Shown here: positions 8,909 through 16,048 of the stretch, one piece after another
How positions within the stretch are numbered: the first letter of the stretch is position 1
How the letters are laid out: each line of letters begins with the position of its first letter
IMG/VR virus record: IMGVR_UViG_3300037605_000079
Location: 1 to 57,787 of that record
DNA: 57,787 bases
Source of the DNA: a virus
Taxonomy: Duplodnaviria; Caudoviricetes
Reading direction: 5' to 3' (one strand)
Program-made: the position numbers and the translations under genes
The notes under the pieces: generated by a model
Database searches by the model: none
The model's input: only the letters and a program-made list of their open reading frames with translations
What the model was told of the DNA's origin: nothing

Positions 8909-9532
8909 CTATTTATTAAGATCGTTAGAAGTTAAACCGGTATAAAACACGTTATCCTGGTTAAATAGTCGACCTTCATTAAAGAATGATTTTCTAAGGA
9001 TTTCGCCGTATGATTCTGGCGAAATAGATTCTCCTTGCTTTGCTTTTCTTGTGCCTTGAAGAAATCGTTTTTGCGAGATTACATTTAATACTTTTCTTTC
9101 ATTTTCTGATAGTACTACGATTGCCTGATTTTCATTTAATCGCTTTTCTACTTCGACGATTTTTTCAACTTCGACAACTTTTTCGACCTCTTTTTCTACT
9201 TCTACGGTCTTAGGCGCTGAAGTATAGCTTTTCATTAATTGGATTAAAAAACCTTCGTGAGTTTCTCCAGCTTTTGCGGCTAGGTCCATAAAGGTTCCTT
9301 TGATTTTTGGGGTTGTCTTTATTCCGAAAGTAGCTTTTTTCCTTGGAACGGCTATAACTGTCGGTTCGCTTGGGGTTTGCTTTTGATTATTCGAGGTTTC
9401 GCCTTGGTTTTCCTTCGGTTTCGCTTGGTTTAACTGCGAGTTTTCCGAATGTTCACCGCTAGTTTTCTCTAAGTTATCGTCTATATTCATCGGGTTGTTT
9501 ATTGGTTTACTTATTTTTTTACAAATAAACAA
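8909..9532 (-). CDS. Hypothetical protein with VEVEK repeats (start probably ATG 9490)
   Basis: Low-complexity N-terminus; VEVEKEVEKVVEVEKIVEVEK repeat. Confidence 0.55.
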   Translation of the reverse strand: MFICKKISKPINNPMNIDDNLEKTSGEHSENSQLNQAKPKENQGETSNNQKQTPSEPTVIAVPRKKATFGIKTTPKIKGTFMDLAAKAGETHEGFLIQLMKSYTSAPKTVEVEKEVEKVVEVEKIVEVEKRLNENQAIVVLSENERKVLNVISQKRFLQGTRKAKQGESISPESYGEILRKSFFNEGRLFNQDNVFYTGLTSNDLNK

Positions 9533-9609
9533 GAGGGCAACCGCCGATAATAGAGGTTAATTATATAGATAGGCTTTATTTATGCTTTTGATCAAAAAAG
9601 TTAAACGAC

Positions 9610-9672
9610 CCACAACAAGTTTATAAAATTCATTTCGCTACGCTTCACGACGTTTTTATAAACGTGTTGTGC
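9610..9672 (+). repeat. attC-like hairpin site A1
   Basis: CCACAAC...GTTGTGC ends; inner stem GTTTATAAAA/TTTTATAAAC. Confidence 0.65.
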
Positions 9673-9678
9673 GCAATA

Positions 9679-9939
9679 CTAAATTGGCTCGAAATTATCA
9701 TTAAAGTATTGTTCAGCAACTAACCATTGGTCAAGGTGGTTTTTAGGGTTTCGAGCTATCATATCGCCAATTTTAGGGCTACCCGCTTTCTTATCTTCAT
9801 CGGATATTGAAACGCCAATTGTCGAATCAGGAGTTGAATGAACAATTATTTGTCCATAAACACCATATTCATTCACATCCATATCGGTAACTTCTCTTAA
9901 TTCGCCAATTTGCTTACGTCTATATTTGTTAAATGTCAT
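9679..9939 (-). CDS. Cassette-borne hypothetical phage protein (start probably ATG 9939)
   Basis: GSPKIGDMIARNPKNHLDQWLVAEQYF; lies exactly between two attC-like sites. Confidence 0.65.
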   Translation of the reverse strand: MTFNKYRRKQIGELREVTDMDVNEYGVYGQIIVHSTPDSTIGVSISDEDKKAGSPKIGDMIARNPKNHLDQWLVAEQYFNDNFEPI

Positions 9940-9952
9940 AATAAAGTACTGC

Positions 9953-10083
9953 ACACAACACAGTATATAAAACAGTGGGGTGCTGTGTGTCTTTTTAACC
10001 CACTTGCACTTAATTAATTTTATCAGCTTCGGATAGGTAAGTGCATCCTATCCCCACCGTTTCATATACTCGGCACGTTGTAG
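9953..10083 (+). repeat. attC-like hairpin site A2
   Basis: ACACAAC...GTTGTAG ends; stem AGTATATAAAACAGTGGGG/CCCCACCGTTTCATATACT whose A-C mismatches become G-T pairs on the bottom strand. Confidence 0.7.
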
Positions 10084-10087
10084 GAAA

Positions 10088-10348
10088 TTAATTATCTTCT
10101 TTGGGATGTCCGCATTTTTTGCAATATGATGAACCTTTAAAGTTTTCCATAAAATATTGACATTTTTTAGTTTTGCAATTAGGACAAATTTTTAAAGATT
10201 TATCATTTGAAGAATTGTTATTTTTAGACTCCTTATGCCATACAAACATGGTTATTAATTCTACCAATGAAAATGCAAAAGTATCAGTCTCATCTAGCCA
10301 ATCTTTTACTTCTTTTTCTAGCTCGTGGTATTGTTTTTTATCTTCCAT
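10088..10348 (-). CDS. Small Zn-finger protein
   Basis: CPNC...C...CKKCGH. Confidence 0.55.
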   Translation of the reverse strand: MEDKKQYHELEKEVKDWLDETDTFAFSLVELITMFVWHKESKNNNSSNDKSLKICPNCKTKKCQYFMENFKGSSYCKKCGHPKEDN

Positions 10349-10351
10349 TTT

Positions 10352-10609
10352 TCAATTAACTTGTCCGTTAACTTTATCTGATAAATGTTTTCTGAAGGCG
10401 TTTTTTAAGTTGATAGCATAGTACGTTTTGCCTTCAATTTGAAACTCTTTTAAACCTTGCTTTTTTAGACGCTCAAACTTTAATAATTCAGCTTTCAACC
10501 TTAATGCTTTAGATCTTTTATTTATCGCTCTAATTATTGCTTTGTAAGTCATTTCGGCTAAAAAAATAGCTGCAATAAAAACCAATATTTCAATAATTAT
10601 TTTTAACAT
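10352..10609 (-). CDS. Small membrane protein
   Basis: N-terminal hydrophobic helix followed by a basic domain. Confidence 0.5.
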   Translation of the reverse strand: MLKIIIEILVFIAAIFLAEMTYKAIIRAINKRSKALRLKAELLKFERLKKQGLKEFQIEGKTYYAINLKNAFRKHLSDKVNGQVN

Positions 10610-10754
10610 TTACTTTTAATTTTCTTGTTATCCACTTGCTAACCATCTCCTCTTTCAGATTAAATTTTATTGATAAAGCTTTCATGGTGCACCCTGTTTT
10701 TAAATAGTGCTCATATGCGGCGTTTATGATTTTAAAATTGGTAATTGCAGGCAT
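10590..10754 (-). CDS. 54-aa HTH-like protein (not in ORF track)
   Basis: Hand translation ...YLKTGCTMKALSIKFNLKEEMVSKWI... resembles a helix-turn-helix. Confidence 0.45.
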   Translation of the reverse strand: MPAITNFKIINAAYEHYLKTGCTMKALSIKFNLKEEMVSKWITRKLKVNVKNNY

Positions 10755-10770
10755 AACTATAGCTTTTAGT

Positions 10771-10806
10771 AAAAAGCGGCTTAGGTATCAACTAAGCCGC
10801 TTTTTA
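10771..10806. terminator. Bidirectional terminator after ssb
   Basis: AAAAAGCGGCTTAG...CTAAGCCGCTTTTT inverted repeat. Confidence 0.75.
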
Positions 10807-10808
10807 AA

Positions 10809-11141
10809 TTAGTCTTTCACGCCTCCAAGAAGCTTTAATTCTCTTACAGTTAATGTTTGAGATTGGCCCTTTCCGCCGTCTTTTTTATCGTACATATTAA
10901 GCCCGGGCAATCCTGATACATAAACTTGTGTACCTTTTTTTAAATAGGAAGCTACTTTTGTGCTTCCGCCTTCCTTTACCCATTTAGAACACTCTACCCA
11001 CTCTGTTTTTTCACTTACAACGCCGTCAGCGTTTACATAACTTTCATTTACTGCTACAGAAAAGTTTATTACTTGCTTTTTTTCATGTTGGCCGATTTTA
11101 GCGTCAGCTCCTAGATTTCCGATTATTGTTAAAACTCTCAT
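10809..11141 (-). CDS. ssb: Single-stranded DNA-binding protein
   Basis: IIGNLGADA, FSVAVNE, TEWVEC, YLKKGTQVYVSG OB-fold motifs. Confidence 0.9.
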   Translation of the reverse strand: MRVLTIIGNLGADAKIGQHEKKQVINFSVAVNESYVNADGVVSEKTEWVECSKWVKEGGSTKVASYLKKGTQVYVSGLPGLNMYDKKDGGKGQSQTLTVRELKLLGGVKD

Positions 11142-11177
11142 ATTAATTTATTTATTGATTGATTAAAAATTTATTTA

Positions 11178-12866
11178 CTATTCAAAGTCTTCTGAAGGTT
11201 GCATTAGGGACCATTTTAAAAGCTCGTAGTTTTGCCTATTTTCTGAAAATTCTTTATCCATTTCATTAACACGCTCACGCTTACGCTTTCTACTGATTAC
11301 TTCTTTTATTTGATTATTTATCATTTCTAGCATCGCAGATACGAGTTTGTCGCTTGCCAGATAGCTTACTTTTGCTTTTTCGCTTAATGTTGGTTTATAA
11401 TCCTTTTCTTTATCTACAAAAACGGCGGTAGCTCTAGCAACTAAATACTTTACATTTTCATCAGGATTTAACGTTTCAGGATTTACCGTTTCTTCACGTC
11501 CGTAATTTTCCAGAACTTCGTTTAATTCATCTTCACAAGTAGGGTTTATATTTAGGCAATCAACACCATGAAGAGCGCCGAATTTTCGGTATAAAGGCTG
11601 CTTATATATTTCCGGCAATACTTCATTAATTAAATCAAAGTTGTAAATTCCATCATATTCCTCGCGCTTTAAATTCTCCAATACCGCATAATCATAAATT
11701 GTCAATCCTTCGTCGTCCGTTGTGGCTATTTCTTGCACGCCTTTAGTTTTAGTTAATTTTACGGCGTGTTTCTTTAGTCCTATAGGTTCAAAATGATATT
11801 TTATACATTCCATAATACCAGATAAAAAACTTTCCGGATCCTCTGGGTTTACATAGTGCTTCCATTTTTGTACATCAGGCATCCACCGATCAAAGGAGCT
11901 TTTTTTCTTTTTTGAAAGAATGTATAAACTTTCAAGGCTTATCATTGTCGCGCCAGTAGGATCTAAACTTTCAATAAATAGCTTATCCGTTTCATTGGCG
12001 CTTCCATAGCCTTTTTTATTCCCTAAAGCTTTCGCTATCCCTTCTCGGTCGGCTTCGGTAAATTCAACGCGTGAAGCGTCAGCCGTTGCCGTTTGCATAT
12101 TCCAATGCTTTAGTATGTTTCGGTATAAATTATTTCTATTTTTATCGATTTTATACGCGATAACTAAAGCGTGTATGTGTACGTGCATACCGTTAGCGCC
12201 TTTAGTTACTTCTACTCCAAATTCTCCGCCAAATACCGATTCTTTCCAGAATTTCTTTTTACGTAAAAAATTAAATTCCTTCATTAATTCTTTAGCGTAA
12301 AACTTTTTACCTCTCCAGCCTTCTTCGTTGTGAGGAACTGTCAGTGTTAGATGAAAAAAACTATAATCTTTAGTCGGTAAATCTTGGTAGCCTGTTAGCG
12401 TTTTAATGCGTTTCGGAACGCCTTTTTTAATCATTCGACCAGTTGGTCCATATTCAGGAAAGGTTTTATAAACTGTATTTCCGTTTTCATCGGTTACCGT
12501 CTTACTTTCGTAGCTCGGCAAGTGCATAACGCCGCCTTTAAAGAAATTATAGTACTTTGATCGGACTACTCTTTGTCGTTCCTTATTACATACGGGGCAA
12601 AGCTTGTGCTTGCACGTTTGCGAGGCTATGTATTCCAAAGCTCCGTTTGTTTGGTATTCTCTAAATAAGCTATTATTTGCGCATTGTTGAAGCGAAGATC
12701 TAAGGTTAATTAAGTGCATCATGTTATCGTTGTGCAAATCGTCGCAAGCTGAAGAAATTAAATAGTCATCAATCTCTGTATGTAGCTTTTTCGCTTCTCG
12801 GGCTGCATTAGCAATTTTATAGAGTCTTAATCGATTGCTTTTTCTACGTTTTTTTAATTCGTCCAT
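11178..12866 (-). CDS. rep: HUH rolling-circle replication initiator (Rep_1/pC194-like, with insertions)
   Basis: Zn motif CKHKLCPVC, motif I FHLTLTVP, EFGVEVT, motif II HVHIHAL, motif III ECIKY, RKFGALHG. Confidence 0.85.
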   Translation of the reverse strand: MDELKKRRKSNRLRLYKIANAAREAKKLHTEIDDYLISSACDDLHNDNMMHLINLRSSLQQCANNSLFREYQTNGALEYIASQTCKHKLCPVCNKERQRVVRSKYYNFFKGGVMHLPSYESKTVTDENGNTVYKTFPEYGPTGRMIKKGVPKRIKTLTGYQDLPTKDYSFFHLTLTVPHNEEGWRGKKFYAKELMKEFNFLRKKKFWKESVFGGEFGVEVTKGANGMHVHIHALVIAYKIDKNRNNLYRNILKHWNMQTATADASRVEFTEADREGIAKALGNKKGYGSANETDKLFIESLDPTGATMISLESLYILSKKKKSSFDRWMPDVQKWKHYVNPEDPESFLSGIMECIKYHFEPIGLKKHAVKLTKTKGVQEIATTDDEGLTIYDYAVLENLKREEYDGIYNFDLINEVLPEIYKQPLYRKFGALHGVDCLNINPTCEDELNEVLENYGREETVNPETLNPDENVKYLVARATAVFVDKEKDYKPTLSEKAKVSYLASDKLVSAMLEMINNQIKEVISRKRKRERVNEMDKEFSENRQNYELLKWSLMQPSEDFE

Positions 12867-12883
12867 CTTTTATTTTTAGGAAG

Positions 12884-12980
12884 GCCGCGGATTACCGCGG
12901 CAACTATTTTTATAACTAACCCTTTTTTTTTGCGTTTTCGCTTTAGGATTCCGAGCGTTTCTTATTTATCGAGGTAGGAG
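12884..12980 (-). promoter_or_regulatory. Candidate double-strand origin (dso)
   Basis: GC hairpin GCCGCGG-ATTA-CCGCGGC (12884-12901) and minus-strand TACCTCGATAAATAAG (CTCGATA at 12967-12973), similar to the pC194/phiX174 CTTGATA nick site, directly upstream of rep. Confidence 0.4.
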
Positions 12981-13010
12981 TTATTTACTTAATTACTAAC
13001 TTTTTAAAAA

Positions 13011-13277
13011 TTACCGTTCAAATTGAAATCCAGCTTCTGCTTTTACGTCTTCAGGAATTGAAACGAGCGACTTAATACGCTCAATACCTCCTAATGCGTC
13101 TACTGTTTCAATAATTTGTTTAAACTCATCAAGGAGCTTTAAATCGTGCTTAAAGCTTGGGTTGCTATCCAATAGTATATGGCCATTGTTGTAATAGTTT
13201 GATTCAATCGCTTTTTTGAAAATCGAAAAAGTCAAGTCCAGCTTTCGTTCTCTAAATGATTTAAATTTCTTAGGCAT
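13011..13277 (-). CDS. Hypothetical protein
   Basis: 88-aa ORF in the early operon. Confidence 0.5.
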   Translation of the reverse strand: MPKKFKSFRERKLDLTFSIFKKAIESNYYNNGHILLDSNPSFKHDLKLLDEFKQIIETVDALGGIERIKSLVSIPEDVKAEAGFQFER

Positions 13278-13451
13278 GGTCTAAATTGTTTTTTATTGGT
13301 TATTTCGGTGTTCCGCCTTGAAGGGCGGGGAAACTCGAAGTTTTTAAAAGAAGTTAGGGTCAGAATTGGACCAGGGCTTTCAACTCCTGGTCCTTCTTCT
13401 TTCAAAAAACTCTGGCGGTGGTTTCCAATCAGTCGCCAAAGCAAAAAATCT

Positions 13452-13922
13452 TTATTCTATTTGGCTACATCGCTTTACTTGGCTGTAATGCTCCGCTTGT
13501 CGTATTATTTCGTTTAAATTTTCAGCCGCCACATTATGCGAAATATTGTTTTCGTGGGGTAACACTGCTTTTAAGTGCCTTAAATTCATCATTGAAAACT
13601 TAGCTACTTCTTTAAGCGTTTTTTCGCCATTCTTTCCCCGGGCGTAATCTCTTAACATTTGGCAGTTTTCAAGGCTCTTTCGCTTGTTTGGTTGCGGAAT
13701 ATTTGAGTTGACAATTATATTCTCACAATGGGTAATATATGTAATCAGTTGTTTGGTATAAACTTGCTTTCTGTATTGATTCAGGAAGCTATAAGCAGCC
13801 CGAGCGTTTAAAAACTTCTTTTTAATCACTTCAAAATCTTTAGCGGCGGTTTCTCTAGCCTTTATCATCAAGTAACTAGCACCGGTTATTGGGTCGATTT
13901 GTAAAAACTTGTCTGCTATCAT
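13452..13922 (-). CDS. Hypothetical protein
   Basis: 156-aa ORF, ATGA-coupled to the upstream gene. Confidence 0.55.
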   Translation of the reverse strand: MIADKFLQIDPITGASYLMIKARETAAKDFEVIKKKFLNARAAYSFLNQYRKQVYTKQLITYITHCENIIVNSNIPQPNKRKSLENCQMLRDYARGKNGEKTLKEVAKFSMMNLRHLKAVLPHENNISHNVAAENLNEIIRQAEHYSQVKRCSQIE

Positions 13923-14110
13923 GCTGCTTTAGATTTATTATTAAATTCATTATAAACTCTCATTAGTAGCTTACTAGCATTCCTATTTTCAGAATTTAGC
14001 TTTTCTCGCTCTACATCATTGGTCGATCTTTTGGATTCTTGATCCGTTGCATAAATCTGGTTAATTAACGATCGCTTTATAATCTCCAGTTCCTCATTAC
14101 TTAATACCAT
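13919..14110 (-). CDS. Hypothetical protein
   Basis: 63-aa helical ORF in operon. Confidence 0.5.
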   Translation of the reverse strand: MVLSNEELEIIKRSLINQIYATDQESKRSTNDVEREKLNSENRNASKLLMRVYNEFNNKSKAA

Positions 14111-14114
14111 AGGA

Positions 14115-14324
14115 TTAATTATTTTGAATTATTAAATGAATGAAACATAGAATTGATAGTATGAATAAAATCGTACTAAATCCATCTGAAAATCTTCTCA
14201 ATTGGTCCGCATTAAAATAACGCTGCCTTAGAAAAGTCTTAATAATTAGATCTGTATTCAATAAATATGAAGTGGCCATCATTATAATTGCCACACATAC
14301 AATGTATAGATTAATGCTTTCCAT
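14115..14324 (-). CDS. Small two-TM membrane protein
   Basis: Two hydrophobic helices. Confidence 0.5.
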   Translation of the reverse strand: MESINLYIVCVAIIMMATSYLLNTDLIIKTFLRQRYFNADQLRRFSDGFSTILFILSILCFIHLIIQNN

Positions 14325-14634
14325 GTATTGTTTTGTTGTATTTATGAAAAATCTCGCTTTTTAAATGAATAAGCTTTGAAGCAGAGGGTTTTGAAGTAGC
14401 GCGTTTCTTCTTGCTGTAAGATTTATGCAATTGCTTGGGCGTTACATTTAAAACCTCTTGTATTAATAGCAACTCGTGAAAATTTGGGTCTGATTTTTTA
14501 TTATAAATCGAATTAAATCGACGTTTAGTCATCTCTAACTTGACCAATAAATCAGCTGAAGGAATAAATTTAGCAACCATATAACGTTCGGTTAAAACCT
14601 CTTTTAATTGATTGTATATTAATTCTTTATTCAT
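14311..14634 (-). CDS. Cro-like HTH regulator
   Basis: LEMTKRRFNSIYNKKSDPNFHELLLIQEVLNVT XRE-like pattern; divergent from the repressor. Confidence 0.6.
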   Translation of the reverse strand: MNKELIYNQLKEVLTERYMVAKFIPSADLLVKLEMTKRRFNSIYNKKSDPNFHELLLIQEVLNVTPKQLHKSYSKKKRATSKPSASKLIHLKSEIFHKYNKTIHGKH

Positions 14635-14814
14635 ATTTTATAAACTTGGCACATTTATAGTTTGAAAGAAAGCGCCAGAATTATATCTGGCGCTTAGGTT
14701 CTCCCGCTTTTTGTAAGATCTACCAAAATCATAACATTGATCGGGGGAGAGGAGTATTAAAATATTTTTGTGCTTTGCAATCATGTTATCTGATTTTGGT
14801 ATGATGCAAATGTA

Positions 14815-14880
14815 AATGATTTTCATTTAATAAAACAAGATAATCAATGAAAAACATTTTAAATTACAATGAAAACCATT
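14815..14880. promoter_or_regulatory. Three operator-like palindromes AATG-N5-CATT
   Basis: AATGATTTTCATT (14815), AATGAAAAACATT (14846), AATGAAAACCATT (14868) between divergent cro and repressor. Confidence 0.65.
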
Positions 14881-14915
14881 GCACAAAAAGTTTAAGTGAT
14901 TAATACTTTTAACCT

Positions 14916-15341
14916 ATGGAACAGATAATTAAAAACATAATATCGATAAGAAAAAAAAAGGGTATAACTCAGGAAGAAATAGCTGATCGATTTGGTTTTT
15001 CACAGAATGCAATCTATCGACTTGAAAAAGGACAACGAAAATTAGAAGTTGAGTTACTTATCTTTTTATGTCAATTATTTGAAATGAGTATTGACGAATT
15101 AATTAATTATCATTTAGACGAAGAAAAAAAACATTTAAAAAGCATAGCAAAAGAAGATGCACCAGCTTACATTGTTCAATCTGAAAAAGTAAACTATCTC
15201 AATCGAGAAATAAAGCTGTTAAACGAACGACTATTAGACAAAGAAACAATGTTAAGAATGAGCACCAATTTATTAAATGATAAAATCGAAGAAATAAAAC
15301 GTCTTAATTCTTATATTGAGCAACTTAAACAAACAAAATAA
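14916..15341 (+). CDS. XRE-family repressor of element A
   Basis: IRKKKGITQEEIADRFGFSQNAIYRLEKG HTH; C-terminal coiled coil. Confidence 0.85.
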   Translation: MEQIIKNIISIRKKKGITQEEIADRFGFSQNAIYRLEKGQRKLEVELLIFLCQLFEMSIDELINYHLDEEKKHLKSIAKEDAPAYIVQSEKVNYLNREIKLLNERLLDKETMLRMSTNLLNDKIEEIKRLNSYIEQLKQTK

Positions 15342-15346
15342 ATATT

Positions 15347-16048
15347 ATGAAAAATACACTTTTAGCCGTTATGTTTGCGGCCTTTTCGTTGACCGTAACC
15401 GCTCAATCGGAATTTAACAAACATCAAGTAAATTTTAATTTTGGAACATCAACGCCTACAGGAGACTTTGCGGATGATGACATTAATAATGAAAATTCAG
15501 GTTTTGCAGAATTTGGCGGCGCCTTTAATGTTGGATACGCTTATCGTTTTCATAAACTATTTGCAGGAACTGTAAATATATCGGGTAAAGCCTTCACCCT
15601 AGATCATGAGCTAATCAGATCAGAATTATTTAATCCTACAGCCATTCAGGGCAGTGATGCAGATAATTATTTACTTTCCTCCTTCACTATAGGCGCAAAA
15701 TTAATTGTAGGCGAAAAGCATCATTTTGTATTTAATCCATATATAGGAAGCGCGTTATTAACATTCCCGAATAATAATTACGCCGCTACCGACTTATTTA
15801 ATACAATTAGTTTTGAATTTAAAGAAGCTCAACTAACTAGCTTGATAACTGGATTTAATACTGGCGCCGAATTTAAACTTTCAGAATTATTAAGCCTTAG
15901 CGCTTTAATTAATTACGAAGTAGCTAATTTTGAAGACGAACAGACTGTTATTTATACCGAAAATGGAATTTCACAATCAACAACTGGCGATTTAAAACTT
16001 CCTTATAGTTCTTTTGGTGTTTTAGTTGGCTTGAATTTTAACTTCTAA
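15347..16048 (+). CDS. Outer-membrane beta-barrel protein (lysogenic conversion/exclusion candidate)
   Basis: Signal peptide, amphipathic strands, C-terminal VGLNFNF barrel signal; directly downstream of the repressor. Confidence 0.8.
   Translation: MKNTLLAVMFAAFSLTVTAQSEFNKHQVNFNFGTSTPTGDFADDDINNENSGFAEFGGAFNVGYAYRFHKLFAGTVNISGKAFTLDHELIRSELFNPTAIQGSDADNYLLSSFTIGAKLIVGEKHHFVFNPYIGSALLTFPNNNYAATDLFNTISFEFKEAQLTSLITGFNTGAEFKLSELLSLSALINYEVANFEDEQTVIYTENGISQSTTGDLKLPYSSFGVLVGLNFNF

Noticed and set aside
13232-13603. ORFs 13232-13444, 13296-13517, 13418-13603 and 14638-14826
   Set aside because: They overlap hairpin-rich intergenic or operator regions and have weak starts; more likely non-coding.
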